Shown in pieces: positions 26,848-36,880 of a stretch of 64,000 nucleotides of DNA. The position numbers and the translations under genes were made by a program. The DNA lies in assembly GCA_963751565.1 (NCBI GenBank), contig CAVVVA010000013.1, forward strand, positions 28,902 to 92,901, given 5' to 3'. Each line of letters begins with the position of its first letter. Positions within the stretch are counted from its first letter, which is position 1. This stretch comes from an uncultured Actinomycetes bacterium. Its GTDB lineage: Bacteria > Actinomycetota > Thermoleophilia > UBA2241. Below the pieces are notes generated by a model. That model was not told where the DNA came from, did not search any database, and saw nothing but the letters and a program-made list of their open reading frames with translations.

Positions 26848-27522
26848 GTGGTGAAGCTCCTTTCGGCGCACCTGCGGCGCGGCCGGCGGGACTCTCGCCG
26901 ACCGCCCGCGCCGGGCGCGCGAAAGCCTGCACCCGGGCCACAGCGCGAACATCGATCCTTGCGCCCGATTATCCCGCACGAACGCTCCCGCGGTCCACGG
27001 GCGATTCTTCGGCGAGCTTCGCCTCTTCGGCGGCGCTCGCCGACGGGCGCCTGAGAAGGGGTGGGCCGGCGCCTGGGGGGAGACGGACGCCGGCCCGTTG
27101 TGAGGGGTGGGTGGTGCGGGGTCTTCGGCAAGCTAAGGCGGATGAGTCGTGACGGACGGTGGCGAGCTGGGCGTGGCGAACGGCGCCGCATGGGTCGCGC
27201 CGGGTGGAGGACCCGGCTTGCCTTGACGGACCGCGGTGCGCCGGGGAAGGGCGCGGGAGCCGGCGGCTGTCGTGGCGGACGACACGATACGCCGTCCGGG
27301 CGCCGGCGTCGTCGGTCCCCGGTTGGAGCGCCGCGAGCCGCCGGACCGCACCTGGGGTGTTTGTCATCGGCCCACGGGTGGAGAGTGGCGCGGCGACCGG
27401 CCGAGCCGGTATCGTAGACGGCGACCGTCGCCGCGCCATGCCCCGCTTGCGTCGGTTGTCGGCGCCCGCAGGCGAGGCCGGGGAACGGAAGAGAACGCCA
27501 CAGAACAACAGAAGGACGGCAC

Positions 27523-29334
27523 ATGACATCTTCGCTGATCGAACGGCTCGCAGCCGTGCCCGAGGTCTGGACCGAGCGCCGGCCGTGGGCCGTCTCGCCC
27601 GACGGCGGCACGCTCGCCTTCACCTGGCGCCAGGAGGGCAACTGGCACGTGTTCGTCAAGGACCTGCGGAGCGGGGCGCAGCCGCGCCGCATCGAGCAGT
27701 TCGCCGACCCGTGCGTGTGCCCGGCGTTCTCGCCCGACGGCGCCTACCTCTACTTCGCCCGCGACGACCGCGGTTCGGAGTGCTTCGACGTGTACCGCTG
27801 CGAGCTCGCCGGCGGGGCGCTCGTCAACCTCCTGCCCGACACGCCGTCGCTGGCTCCGGCGCCCGACTTCTCGCTGTCGCCCGACGGCCGCAGCCTGGCT
27901 CTCGCGGTCGATCACGGCCCGAGCTACACGGCCGCCGTCATGCCGGCCGAGCCCGGCGCAGGCGAGCAGGCGATGACCTTCCTCACCGACCACTGGTACA
28001 ACGACTGGTCGCCTGCGTGGTCGCCCGACGGGGCCCGCCTGGCCTTCCAGAGCGACACCCACGGCCAGGACTCCGTCGTCTTCATCGCCCATCTCGCCGG
28101 CGGCGAGCTGCGGACAATCGGCGGCGAGGCGATGATGGTCGCGCGCGACCCCGCCTGGTCGCCCGACGGCCGCTCGCTCGCCTTCTGCGGCGGCGGCGGC
28201 GACTACGAGGCGATCGGCCTCTACGACCTAGAGCGCGATCTCGTGACCTGGGCCTGGGAGGGCGAGGGCAACGCGCACGGCCCGAGCTGGTCGCCCGATG
28301 GCCGCGCACTGGTGTTCGTCGTCGACGACGGTCCCGAGAGCTCGCTCTGGCACCTCGACCTGACCACGGGCTTCGCCGGCTGCCTCGACGTGGGCGCCGG
28401 CAACCACTACGCGCCCGGTTTCACCCCCGACGGCGCCGGCGTTCTCTGCGTGCTGAGCGGCCCCGGCTGCCCGTCCGACCTGTTCCTGATCGAGCTCGCC
28501 TCGGGCGTCGCCACGCGGCTCACGGACTCGCTGCCCGCCGATCTTGCGGACCGCGAGTTCGTGTCGGGCGCGCCGGCCGCGTGGGCCAGCCGCGACCGGC
28601 TGACCGACGTGCCCGGCCTGTACTGCGAGCCGCCGCGTCGCAGCGGCGCCGGCGTGGTGATCATCCACGGCGGCCCGACCTGGCACCACAGCAACGAATG
28701 GGACCCGGTCCGCCAGGCCCTGCTCGACGCGGGCTGCCTGGTCGTCCACCCGAACTACCGCGGCAGCGACGGCTACACGCGGCGCTGGCAGCTCGCCAAC
28801 CGCTTCCTGCTCGGCCAGGGCGAGGCTCAGGACTGCGCCGGCGCCGTGGACTTTCTCGTCGAACAGGGCTGCGATCCCGGCCGCATCGCGGTGACCGGCC
28901 GCAGCCACGGCGGCTACCTGACGATGCAGATGCTCACGCAGTTCCCCGAGCTGTGGGCCTGCGGCGTGGCCGGCGTGCCGTTCTTCGATCACATCGACGC
29001 AGCCGTCGATCCGGCCGTGCGCGACGACCTGCGCTGGTGGGACCTGGAGAACTGCGGCGACATCGTCGCCGACCATGCGCGCCTCGAATACTACTCGCCG
29101 ATCAACCACCTCGACCGGGTCAAGGCGCCGCTGCTCATCCTCGCGGCGGCCCGTGACCCGCGCTGCCCCACTCGCCAGGTCGCCACGGTGGTCGAGCGGG
29201 TGCGCGCCGCCGGCGCGCCCTGCGAGGCGATCGTCTACCCCGACGAGGGCCACGAGATCAGCGGCCTCGAGCACCGCGTCGACTACGAGCGGCGCACGGT
29301 CGAGTTCATCCTCGAGCACATCGGCCGCGCATAG
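27523..29334 (+). CDS. S9-family serine peptidase (prolyl oligopeptidase/acylaminoacyl peptidase) with TolB-like beta-propeller
   Basis: N-terminal repeated 'SPDG..LAF' propeller blades. C-terminal alpha/beta hydrolase with 'GRSHGGYLT' (GxSxGG nucleophile elbow) plus 'D...P' and 'EGH' triad elements. Confidence 0.85.
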   Translation: MTSSLIERLAAVPEVWTERRPWAVSPDGGTLAFTWRQEGNWHVFVKDLRSGAQPRRIEQFADPCVCPAFSPDGAYLYFARDDRGSECFDVYRCELAGGALVNLLPDTPSLAPAPDFSLSPDGRSLALAVDHGPSYTAAVMPAEPGAGEQAMTFLTDHWYNDWSPAWSPDGARLAFQSDTHGQDSVVFIAHLAGGELRTIGGEAMMVARDPAWSPDGRSLAFCGGGGDYEAIGLYDLERDLVTWAWEGEGNAHGPSWSPDGRALVFVVDDGPESSLWHLDLTTGFAGCLDVGAGNHYAPGFTPDGAGVLCVLSGPGCPSDLFLIELASGVATRLTDSLPADLADREFVSGAPAAWASRDRLTDVPGLYCEPPRRSGAGVVIIHGGPTWHHSNEWDPVRQALLDAGCLVVHPNYRGSDGYTRRWQLANRFLLGQGEAQDCAGAVDFLVEQGCDPGRIAVTGRSHGGYLTMQMLTQFPELWACGVAGVPFFDHIDAAVDPAVRDDLRWWDLENCGDIVADHARLEYYSPINHLDRVKAPLLILAAARDPRCPTRQVATVVERVRAAGAPCEAIVYPDEGHEISGLEHRVDYERRTVEFILEHIGRA

Positions 29335-29462
29335 CGGCCCCGCACCCGGCGACTCTTCGCGATGTCGCCGCCAACGCCATTAACAACGGCCGGCCGGGGA
29401 ACATGCCCAAGGCAAGGTCACGGGGCGCATGCCCCGCCGATAAACCACTCCGGAGGCCGACC

Positions 29463-29861
29463 ATGAGTCGCACCGACGTCGAACAGGACATCCGCGAGAC
29501 CCTTGGGCAGATCCCCTCGTTCTTTGAGACCATGCCCGACTCCACGCTCGAAAACGAGTGGCGCGAGTTCAAGGTGTTCCAGCTCTCGGACACTGAGCTC
29601 ACGGCCCGCGAGAAGCACCTCATCGGCTACGCCGTCGCCGCCGCCATCCACTGCCCGTATTGCACCTATTTCCACCGCAGCGCGACCACGATGATGGGCA
29701 CGACGGACAGGCAGCTCGAAGAGGCCAACCGCATGGCCAGCGACACGGCCAAGTACAGCACCTACCTGCACGGCAGCCAGACCGACCTCGACGAGTTCAC
29801 GAAGCAGACCGACGAGATCGGCGACTACCTGGGCAAGCAGGCCGCGAGGCGGGCCGCCTGA
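29463..29861 (+). CDS. carboxymuconolactone decarboxylase / AhpD-like family protein
   Basis: 'L..REK.LI..AVAAAIHCPYCTYFH' carries the AhpD-core CxxC motif. ATG 29463 is preceded by GGAGG. Confidence 0.8.
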   Translation: MSRTDVEQDIRETLGQIPSFFETMPDSTLENEWREFKVFQLSDTELTAREKHLIGYAVAAAIHCPYCTYFHRSATTMMGTTDRQLEEANRMASDTAKYSTYLHGSQTDLDEFTKQTDEIGDYLGKQAARRAA

Positions 29862-29896
29862 GCCGAGAGCTCTGACGCTCGCCGCATGTGGTGGCC

Positions 29897-29947
29897 GGGC
29901 GGGGCGGGGTGCGGCGCATGCCGCACCCCGCCCCGCCCTTTCTTTTT
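29897..29947 (+). terminator. intrinsic terminator (19-bp GC stem, loop gcat, T-rich tail)
   Basis: 'gggcggggcggggtgcggc-gcat-gccgcaccccgccccgccc' is followed by 'tttcttttt'. It lies 36 nt after the AhpD-like stop. Confidence 0.85.
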
Positions 29948-30033
29948 CGGGAGTGCGTCCCACTCCGGGGAGGCCCGGGCGTCGGCTCGACTTCGCCGCG
30001 CCAATCGGGTAGCGTTACAGCGTGAGCAGACCC

Positions 30034-30288
30034 ATGGACGTCCGTGTCTACATCACCCCCAAGCAAGGCATCCTCGACCCGCAGGGCGTGGCGATCGAGC
30101 GGTCGCTGCCGGCGCTGGGGTTCGACGGCGTGACCGACGTCCGGGTCGGCAAGTTCATCGAGCTTCAGGTCGCGGTGCCGGCCGGCACACCGGCCGACGA
30201 GGCGCGCACCGAGGTCGACGAGATGTGCCGCAAGCTGCTCGCCAACCCCATCATCGAGGACTACACCTTCACCGTCGACGAAGCGTGA
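30034..30288 (+). CDS. purS: phosphoribosylformylglycinamidine synthase subunit PurS
   Basis: 'V.V.I.PK.GILDPQG.A....L..LGF..V..VR.GK.IEL....' in an ORF of about 84 aa. GTG 30022 is an alternative start. Confidence 0.9.
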   Translation: MDVRVYITPKQGILDPQGVAIERSLPALGFDGVTDVRVGKFIELQVAVPAGTPADEARTEVDEMCRKLLANPIIEDYTFTVDEA

Positions 30289-30337
30289 GCCCGACCGCCT
30301 CGTCCCCCGTCCCTGCCTCCTGCACCACACCCCTACC

Positions 30338-31096
30338 TTGAGCACCGACGGCGGCCGCCCCGCCCGCATCGGCGTCTGCGTCTTTCCCGGCATCAACACC
30401 GACCACGACACCTCCCATGCCGTCTCCACCTTCGCCGGCGCCGAACCGGTGTGGCTCTGGCACAAGGACACCGACCTGCGCGGCGTCGACGCCGTCATCA
30501 TCCCGGGCGGGTTCTCCTACGGCGACTACCTGCGCTGTGGGGCGATCGCGCGCTTCAGCCCCATCATGGCCTCGATCGCCGACTTCGCGGCCGGCGGCGG
30601 CCTGGTCATGGGCATCTGCAACGGCTTTCAGATCCTGACCGAGGCCCACCTGCTGCCGGGCGCGCTCATCCGCAACATCGGCCTCAAGTTCGTCTGCCGC
30701 TACGTCGACCTGCGCGTCGAGAACGCCGGCACGCCCTTCACCCAGGTCGCCGAGCCGGGCGACGTGCTGCGTGTCGTGGTCAAGCACAACGAGGGCAACT
30801 ACCGGGTCGACCCCGACACGCTGGCCCGCATGCGCGACAACGGCCAGATCGTGCTGCGCTACTGCACACCCGACGGCGCCGAATCGGGCGACCGCGGCGG
30901 CGACACGATCGGCGGCTCCAGCCCCAACGGGGCGCTCGACGACATCGCCGGCGTCTGCAACGAAGACTTCAACGTCTTCGGCCTCATGCCGCACCCCGAG
31001 AACTCGGTCGAGCCGGGCCTGGCCGGAGGCGCCGACGGTCGCGTCTTCTTTGCCTCGATCATCGACAGCGTGCGCGACGCGGCGGTGGCGCGGTGA
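30338..31096 (+). CDS. purQ: phosphoribosylformylglycinamidine synthase subunit PurQ (glutaminase)
   Basis: 'IGVCVFPGINTDHD', 'IPGGFSYGDYLR.GAIA', 'GICNGFQIL' (nucleophile Cys) and 'MPHPE'. TTG start per the ORF track. Confidence 0.9.
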   Translation: MSTDGGRPARIGVCVFPGINTDHDTSHAVSTFAGAEPVWLWHKDTDLRGVDAVIIPGGFSYGDYLRCGAIARFSPIMASIADFAAGGGLVMGICNGFQILTEAHLLPGALIRNIGLKFVCRYVDLRVENAGTPFTQVAEPGDVLRVVVKHNEGNYRVDPDTLARMRDNGQIVLRYCTPDGAESGDRGGDTIGGSSPNGALDDIAGVCNEDFNVFGLMPHPENSVEPGLAGGADGRVFFASIIDSVRDAAVAR

Positions 31097-33366
31097 GCGC
31101 GACCGAACCGCGCCGCGCCAGCGTCGAGGCGGCCGTCGCCCTCGGCCTGACGCCCGACGAGTACGCTCACATCCGCGAGATCCAGGGGGGCGAGCCGACG
31201 TATGTCGAGCTCGCCATCTACTCGCTCATGTGGAGCGAGCACTGCAGCTACAAGCACTCGCGCCCCGTTCTGGGCCGCTTCCCCACGAGCGGCCCGCGCA
31301 TACTCCAGGGGCCCGGCGAGAACGCCGGCATCATCGACGTCGGCGACGGCTGGGCGGTCGCCATGAAGGTCGAGAGTCACAACCACCCCTCGGCGGTCGA
31401 GCCCTTCCAGGGCGCCGCCACCGGCGTGGGCGGCATCGTGCGCGACATCTTCACGATGGGCGCGCGGCCCTGCGTGTCGCTCGACTCGCTGCGCTTCGGC
31501 GAGATCGACGGCCCCGAGAACGCCCGCCAGCGGTTCCTGTTCGACGGCGTGGTGGGCGGCATCGGCTTCTACGGCAACTGCCTCGGCATTCCCACGGTGG
31601 GCGGCGAGGTCTACTTCGAGAAGTGCTACGAAGGCAACTGCCTGGTCAACGCCATGAGCGCCGGCCTGCTGCGCACCGACCAGATCGTGCGCGCCATCGC
31701 CAGCGGTCCGGGCAACCACGTCGTCCTGATCGGCTCCCGGACGGGGCGCGACGGCATCGGCGGCGCCTCGGTGCTGGCCAGCCAGGAGTTCGACGAGACC
31801 CTCGAAGAGAAGCGCCCCAGCGTGCAGGTCGGCGACCCGTTCACCGAAAAGAAGCTCATCGAAGCCTGCCTCGAGCTGCTCCACTGCAAGCTCGTGGTGA
31901 GCATGCAGGACCTGGGCGCCGCCGGCCTCACGTCGTCGTCGTCGGAGATGGCCAGCAAGGGCCACGTGGGGCTCGACATCCACGCCGACCGCGTGCCGCT
32001 GCGCGAGGCCGACATGGAGCCGTGGGAGATCATGATCTCCGAAAGCCAGGAGCGCATGCTGTCGATCGTCGAGCCGGCGCGCCTGGCCGACGTGCGCGAG
32101 GTCTGCGAGCGCTGGGACCTCGACTGCACCGTCATCGGCGAGGTCACCGACTCCGCAATGCTGCGCGTCTACTGGCACGGGCAGCGCGTCGCCGACATTC
32201 CCGCGCGGCGCCTGGCCGACGAGGCGCCGGTCATCCGTACGCCCTCCGTCAGGCCGGCCTACCTGGTCGACGAGCCGCTCACGCCGGGCGACGACCGCTA
32301 CCCGCCGCCGCCCGACACGGCCGCGGCGTTGCTCGAGCTGCTGGCCGCGCCCAACATCGCCAGCAAGCGCTGGGCCTACGAGCAGTACGACTACATCGTC
32401 CAGGCCAACACGGTGCAGATCCCCGGCTCCGACGCCGCGGTGCTGCGCATCAAGGGCACGCCGCGGGGCATCGCCTTCGTCAACGACTGCAACGGGCGCC
32501 ACTGCTACCTCGACCCCTACCGTGGCGCCAAGGCCGCGGTCGCCGAGGCGGCCCGCAACCTGAGCTGCGTCGGAGCGCTGCCGGTGGCCGTGACCGACTG
32601 CCTCAACTTCGGCAACCCCGAGAAGGGCGACATCTACTGGACCTTCGAGCAGGCCGTCGAGGGCATGGCCCAGGCCTGCGAGGCGCTCGACACGCCGGTC
32701 GTGTCGGGCAACGTGAGCTTCTACAACGAGAGCTTCGGCAACGCCATCTACCCCACGCCGATGGTCGGCATGCTGGGCGTCTTCGACGACGTCACAAAGC
32801 ACTGCGACGCGCGCTTCAAGAGCGCCGGCGACCTCGTCGCGCTGCTCGGCCCGGTCGACGGCGCCCGGCTCGACGGCTCCGAATACCAGAAGGTCCACTT
32901 CGGCCGCGTCGAGGGCCGCGTGCCCGACGTCGACCTCGCCCTCGAGGTCGAGCTCCAGCGCGTGCTGCGCGAAGGCATCGCCGCCGGTCTGCTCAAGAGC
33001 GCCCACGACTGCGCCGAAGGCGGCCTCGCGGTGGCCCTCGCCGAGTGCTGCATCGCCAGCGGGGTCGAGGGCGGCGCGCTGACGGCGGCTCCGCCGCCGT
33101 CGCTCGGCGCCGCCCTCAGCGTGCCCGCGGGCGCGCTGCGACCCGACGTGGCGCTGTTCGGCGAGGGTCCTTCGCGCGTGGTCGTGACCTGCGCGGCCGA
33201 TCACGCCGACGCGCTCGCCGCCCTGGCCGCCGGCCTGCCGCTCACGATCCTGGGCACGGTCACCGGCGACCGGCTGCAGGTGGCGCTCGGCGATTCCCCG
33301 GCGATCGACCTTCCCGTCGACGAGCTGCGCCGGGCCTACGAGTCGCTTCCCGAGCGACTCGCCTGA
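31093..33366 (+). CDS. purL: phosphoribosylformylglycinamidine synthase subunit PurL
   Basis: GTG at 31093 overlaps the purQ stop (GTGA). 'E..MWSEHCSYKHS', 'VESHNHPS', 'GA.TGVGGI.RD' and duplicated AIRS domains. 757 aa. Confidence 0.95.
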   Translation: MSATEPRRASVEAAVALGLTPDEYAHIREIQGGEPTYVELAIYSLMWSEHCSYKHSRPVLGRFPTSGPRILQGPGENAGIIDVGDGWAVAMKVESHNHPSAVEPFQGAATGVGGIVRDIFTMGARPCVSLDSLRFGEIDGPENARQRFLFDGVVGGIGFYGNCLGIPTVGGEVYFEKCYEGNCLVNAMSAGLLRTDQIVRAIASGPGNHVVLIGSRTGRDGIGGASVLASQEFDETLEEKRPSVQVGDPFTEKKLIEACLELLHCKLVVSMQDLGAAGLTSSSSEMASKGHVGLDIHADRVPLREADMEPWEIMISESQERMLSIVEPARLADVREVCERWDLDCTVIGEVTDSAMLRVYWHGQRVADIPARRLADEAPVIRTPSVRPAYLVDEPLTPGDDRYPPPPDTAAALLELLAAPNIASKRWAYEQYDYIVQANTVQIPGSDAAVLRIKGTPRGIAFVNDCNGRHCYLDPYRGAKAAVAEAARNLSCVGALPVAVTDCLNFGNPEKGDIYWTFEQAVEGMAQACEALDTPVVSGNVSFYNESFGNAIYPTPMVGMLGVFDDVTKHCDARFKSAGDLVALLGPVDGARLDGSEYQKVHFGRVEGRVPDVDLALEVELQRVLREGIAAGLLKSAHDCAEGGLAVALAECCIASGVEGGALTAAPPPSLGAALSVPAGALRPDVALFGEGPSRVVVTCAADHADALAALAAGLPLTILGTVTGDRLQVALGDSPAIDLPVDELRRAYESLPERLA

Positions 33367-33374
33367 GTCTCGCC

Positions 33375-34805
33375 ATGGCAAGCGAACGCTTTCACGACAG
33401 TTGCGGCGTCTTTGGCATCTACGCCCCGGGCCGCGACGTCGCCCGGCTCACCTTCTTCGGGCTCTACGCCCTGCAGCATCGCGGCCAGGAGAGCGCCGGC
33501 ATCGCGGTGGCCGACGAGGGCCAGGTCACGGTCGTCAAAGACATGGGCCTCGTCTCGCAGGTCTTCGACGAGAAGGTGCTCGGCGGGCTCAGCGGCACGC
33601 ACGCCATCGGTCACGTGCGCTACTCCACGACCGGCGCGACCGCCTGGCAGAACTCGCAGCCGCTCACGCGTTCGCGCGGCGAGCACACCATCGCCCTCGC
33701 CCACAACGGCAACCTCGTCAACACGACCGAGCTGCGCGACGAGCTCGGGCGACTGGGCGTCGAGTTCACGTCCGGCACCGACACCGAGGTGATCACTGCG
33801 CTCATCGCCCAGCACGTCTCGAACGACCTGCTCGGCTCGGTCCGCGAGGCGGTGAGCCGCATTCGCGGCGCGTTCTCGGCGGCCGTGCTGACCGGCAAGA
33901 AGGTCGTGGGCTTCCGCGACCCGTTCGGCGTGCGGCCGCTCTGCCTCGGCGACTTCGAGGGCAACCCGGTGATCGCCAGCGAGACGTGCGCCCTCGACAT
34001 CATCGGGGCCGAGCTCGTGCGCGAGATCGAGGCCGGCGAGATCGTCTGGGCGACCGACGGCGGCCAGGTGCACAGCGAGCGCGTCGAGCTCCCCGGCGCG
34101 CGGCCCGCCATGTGCGTCTTCGAGTTCATCTACTTCGCCCGTCCCGACTCGCGGCTGTACGGCCGCACGCTGGCCGACTGCCGCTTCGAGATGGGCCGTC
34201 ACCTCGCCATGGAGGCGCCGGTCGAAGCCGACTACGTCATCCCCGTGCCCGACACCGGCATCTCGGCGGCGATCGGCTACGCCCGCGAGAGCGGCATCGC
34301 CTACTCCGAAGGGCTCATGAAGAACCGCTACGTGCACCGCACCTTCATCCAGCCCGACGATCACCTGCGTCAGCTCGGCATCCGCATGAAGCTCAACCCC
34401 ATCCGGGCCGTCATCGAGGGCAAGCGGCTGGTCGTGGTCGACGACTCGATCGTGCGCGGCAACACGACCGGCCAGCTGGTCGACATGCTCTACAAGGCCG
34501 GCGCCCGCGAGGTCCACCTGCGCATCAGCTCGCCGCCGATCAGGTTCCCGTGCTTCTACGGCATCGACATGGCCACCCGCGACGAGCTCATCGCCGCCCG
34601 CCTGAGCGTCGCCGAGATCGGCCGGCAGGTGGGCGCCACCTCGCTGCACTACCTCACGCTCGAAGGGTTGCAGGAATCGACCGGGCTGCCGCGCTCGCAG
34701 TTCTGCCGCGCCTGCTTCGACGGCGACTACCCCATCGCCGTGCCCGAGGAGCTCGCCATGTGCAAGATGCGCTTCGAGGCGTCCGGCGAGGTCTGCCTGC
34801 CCTGA
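33375..34805 (+). CDS. purF: amidophosphoribosyltransferase
   Basis: 'CGVFGIY' Ntn Cys, 'LQHRGQESAGI', 'GHVRYSTTG', 'VVDDSIVRGNT' PRTase motif and C-terminal Cys ligands. Confidence 0.95.
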   Translation: MASERFHDSCGVFGIYAPGRDVARLTFFGLYALQHRGQESAGIAVADEGQVTVVKDMGLVSQVFDEKVLGGLSGTHAIGHVRYSTTGATAWQNSQPLTRSRGEHTIALAHNGNLVNTTELRDELGRLGVEFTSGTDTEVITALIAQHVSNDLLGSVREAVSRIRGAFSAAVLTGKKVVGFRDPFGVRPLCLGDFEGNPVIASETCALDIIGAELVREIEAGEIVWATDGGQVHSERVELPGARPAMCVFEFIYFARPDSRLYGRTLADCRFEMGRHLAMEAPVEADYVIPVPDTGISAAIGYARESGIAYSEGLMKNRYVHRTFIQPDDHLRQLGIRMKLNPIRAVIEGKRLVVVDDSIVRGNTTGQLVDMLYKAGAREVHLRISSPPIRFPCFYGIDMATRDELIAARLSVAEIGRQVGATSLHYLTLEGLQESTGLPRSQFCRACFDGDYPIAVPEELAMCKMRFEASGEVCLP

Positions 34806-34943
34806 CGCCGGGTCGCGCCGGGGCGCCTACCTGGTCCTCGTGCTCGGATTTGTCCTCACGCCGCTGGTCTACTTCGTGTGGGCTCTCTACAGGCGTCGCC
34901 TCGAGTTTCGGCAGGACAGCGACCCCGGCTCGCCGGCCGCCCC

Positions 34944-35720
34944 CTAGACCACAGTCCTCGGCCCCTCCGCCCTGAGGCGCTTGCGGCGCTCACGGTAGTC
35001 GGGCACGATGCGCTCGACGCCGCGCCAGAAGGCCGGCCCGTGGTTGAGCTCCCGCAAATGTACGAGCTCGTGGACGACGACGTAGTCCGCAAGCTCGGGC
35101 GGCAACACGACGAGCCCCCAGTGAAGACTGATCCGACCCTTCGCCGAGCAACTGCCCCAGCGGCTGCGCATGTCCTTTACGGCGACCGGAGGCAGAGCGA
35201 CGCCCACCAGCGAGGTCCAGTACACGACGCGCTCGTTCAAAACGTCGGTGGCCTGCCGCCGGTACCAGGCCAGGAAGTGCCGGCGACCGTCGACCCGCGC
35301 CCACTGCGCCAGCTCGAAGCGGCCGTCTCGCAGGCGCAACGGCTCATGGTCGTCGACGCCACCCGTCACGTCGAACGCGAGCTGTCGGTCGCCGGGCGGG
35401 GCGCCGCGGCGACCGGTCGCGGCGGCGTCGTCGACGACGACCAGCTCGTACTCGTCGCCCAGGTAGGGGAACCGCTCGCCGGCCTCGTAGCGGTGCCGCG
35501 GAAGCTGGGCGAGCGCGTCGCGCTCGCCCAGCTTCCGCCGCACCCACGCAAGCTTGCCGCGCACGGCCGCCTCGAGCGTCGGTCGCGAGCAACGCGACGG
35601 TGCGGCGACGACCGGCGCACCCTCGGGCGGGATGCTGATGCCGATCGTGCGTCGCCGGGCGCTCCTGCGCACGGCGAACGTCACCTCGGCGACGGTCAGG
35701 TTCTCACGGGCGGGCGTCAT
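34944..35720 (-). CDS. YgjP-like (DUF45/M48-related) zinc metallohydrolase
   Basis: 'RWGSCS..G.I..HW' and 'HELVHL...NH' are the hallmark motifs. ATG at 35720 is preferred over 35744. Confidence 0.75.
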   Translation of the reverse strand: MTPARENLTVAEVTFAVRRSARRRTIGISIPPEGAPVVAAPSRCSRPTLEAAVRGKLAWVRRKLGERDALAQLPRHRYEAGERFPYLGDEYELVVVDDAAATGRRGAPPGDRQLAFDVTGGVDDHEPLRLRDGRFELAQWARVDGRRHFLAWYRRQATDVLNERVVYWTSLVGVALPPVAVKDMRSRWGSCSAKGRISLHWGLVVLPPELADYVVVHELVHLRELNHGPAFWRGVERIVPDYRERRKRLRAEGPRTVV

Positions 35721-35776
35721 CGCTGTACCGTAGAATAGCGGCAAGGGAGCGGGTCGAACACGAGCGACGGAGGGTC

Positions 35777-36880
35777 ATGGCCGCCGACAGGCATTTCACC
35801 TACAGAGACGCGGGCGTCGACGTCGCCGCCGGCAACGAGGTCGTCCGGCTGCTCAAGGAGCGGGTGAAGTCGATCCACCACCCGCTCGTGCTCGAGGGCA
35901 TCGGCGGGTTCGGCGGGCTCATGCGCGTGCCGCCCATCAAGGACGCGGTGCTGGTGGCCGGCACCGACGGGGCCGGCACCAAGGTGATCCTGGCCCGCGA
36001 TATGGGCGTCTACGGCACGATCGGCATCGACGCCGTGGCGATGAGCGTGAATGACGTCTCGGCCTGCGGCGCGGTGCCGCTGTTCTTTCTCGACTACCTC
36101 GTGGTCGGCAAGGTCGAGCCGCAGAGGGTGGCCGACATCGTCGCCGGCGTCGACGAAGGCTGCCTGCGCGCCCAGTGCGTGCTGCTCGGCGGCGAGACCG
36201 CCGAGCATCCCGGCCATTTCGCCGACGACGAGGCCTTCGACCTCGCCGGCTTTGCCGTTGGCATCGCCGCCCGGTCCGAGCTGTGGGGGCCCGCCCGGGT
36301 CGAGCCCGGCGACGCGCTCGTCGGCATCGCCTCGAACGGGCTGCACTCCAACGGGTTCTCGCTCGTGCGGGCGTTGCTTGCCGAGCGCCACATCGCCCTC
36401 GACGAGCCCTTCCCCCTCGACGAGCCCGTCCCCCTCGACGAGCCCGTCCCCTTCGCCGGATCCGCGACCCACCGGACGGTGGGCGAGGTGCTGCTCACCC
36501 CGACGACCATCTACAGCCCGGTGCTGCACGACCTGGGCCACGCCTGCCCCGTGCACGCGGCCGCGCACATCACCGGAGGCGGGTTTCCCGACAACGTCGG
36601 GCGCATCCTGCCCGACGGCACGGCGGCCGTCCTCGACCTCTCCGCCTGGCGGCCACCGGCCGTCTTCTCCTGGCTGCACGCCCACGGCGTGGCGGTCGAC
36701 GAGATGCTCTCGACCTTCAACTGCGGTCTCGGGATGGTCGTGGCCCTGCCGCCCGAGAGCGTGCCCAAGGCGCTCGCCACGATCGCCCAGGCCGGCCTGC
36801 CGGCGAGCGTGGTCGGCGAAGTGATCGGCGGCGAGCCGGGCACCCGGCGCGTGCGCTACAAGGGCGAGCTCGCGCTGTGA
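35777..36880 (+). CDS. purM: phosphoribosylformylglycinamidine cyclo-ligase (AIR synthetase)
   Basis: 'YRDAGVDV', 'IGGFGGL', 'GTDGAGTK', 'DYL' and 'GGETAE.PG'. About 20 aa longer than usual because of a tandem-repeat insert. Confidence 0.95.
   Translation: MAADRHFTYRDAGVDVAAGNEVVRLLKERVKSIHHPLVLEGIGGFGGLMRVPPIKDAVLVAGTDGAGTKVILARDMGVYGTIGIDAVAMSVNDVSACGAVPLFFLDYLVVGKVEPQRVADIVAGVDEGCLRAQCVLLGGETAEHPGHFADDEAFDLAGFAVGIAARSELWGPARVEPGDALVGIASNGLHSNGFSLVRALLAERHIALDEPFPLDEPVPLDEPVPFAGSATHRTVGEVLLTPTTIYSPVLHDLGHACPVHAAAHITGGGFPDNVGRILPDGTAAVLDLSAWRPPAVFSWLHAHGVAVDEMLSTFNCGLGMVVALPPESVPKALATIAQAGLPASVVGEVIGGEPGTRRVRYKGELAL
36398..36451 (+). repeat. in-frame 18-nt x3 tandem repeat inside purM (LDEP[FV]P x3)
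   Basis: 'ctcgacgagccc(t/g)tcccc' occurs three times head-to-tail, at 36398-36415, 36416-36433 and 36434-36451. The last two units are identical. Confidence 0.9.

Noticed and set aside
34860-34946. Possible 35-aa hydrophobic micro-ORF ('VLGFVLTPLVYFVWALYRRRLEFRQDSDPGSPAAP') between purF and the YgjP-like gene
   Set aside because: There is no RBS, only an internal GTG as a start, and it overlaps the convergent gene's end. One hydrophobic stretch in GC-rich DNA is weak evidence.
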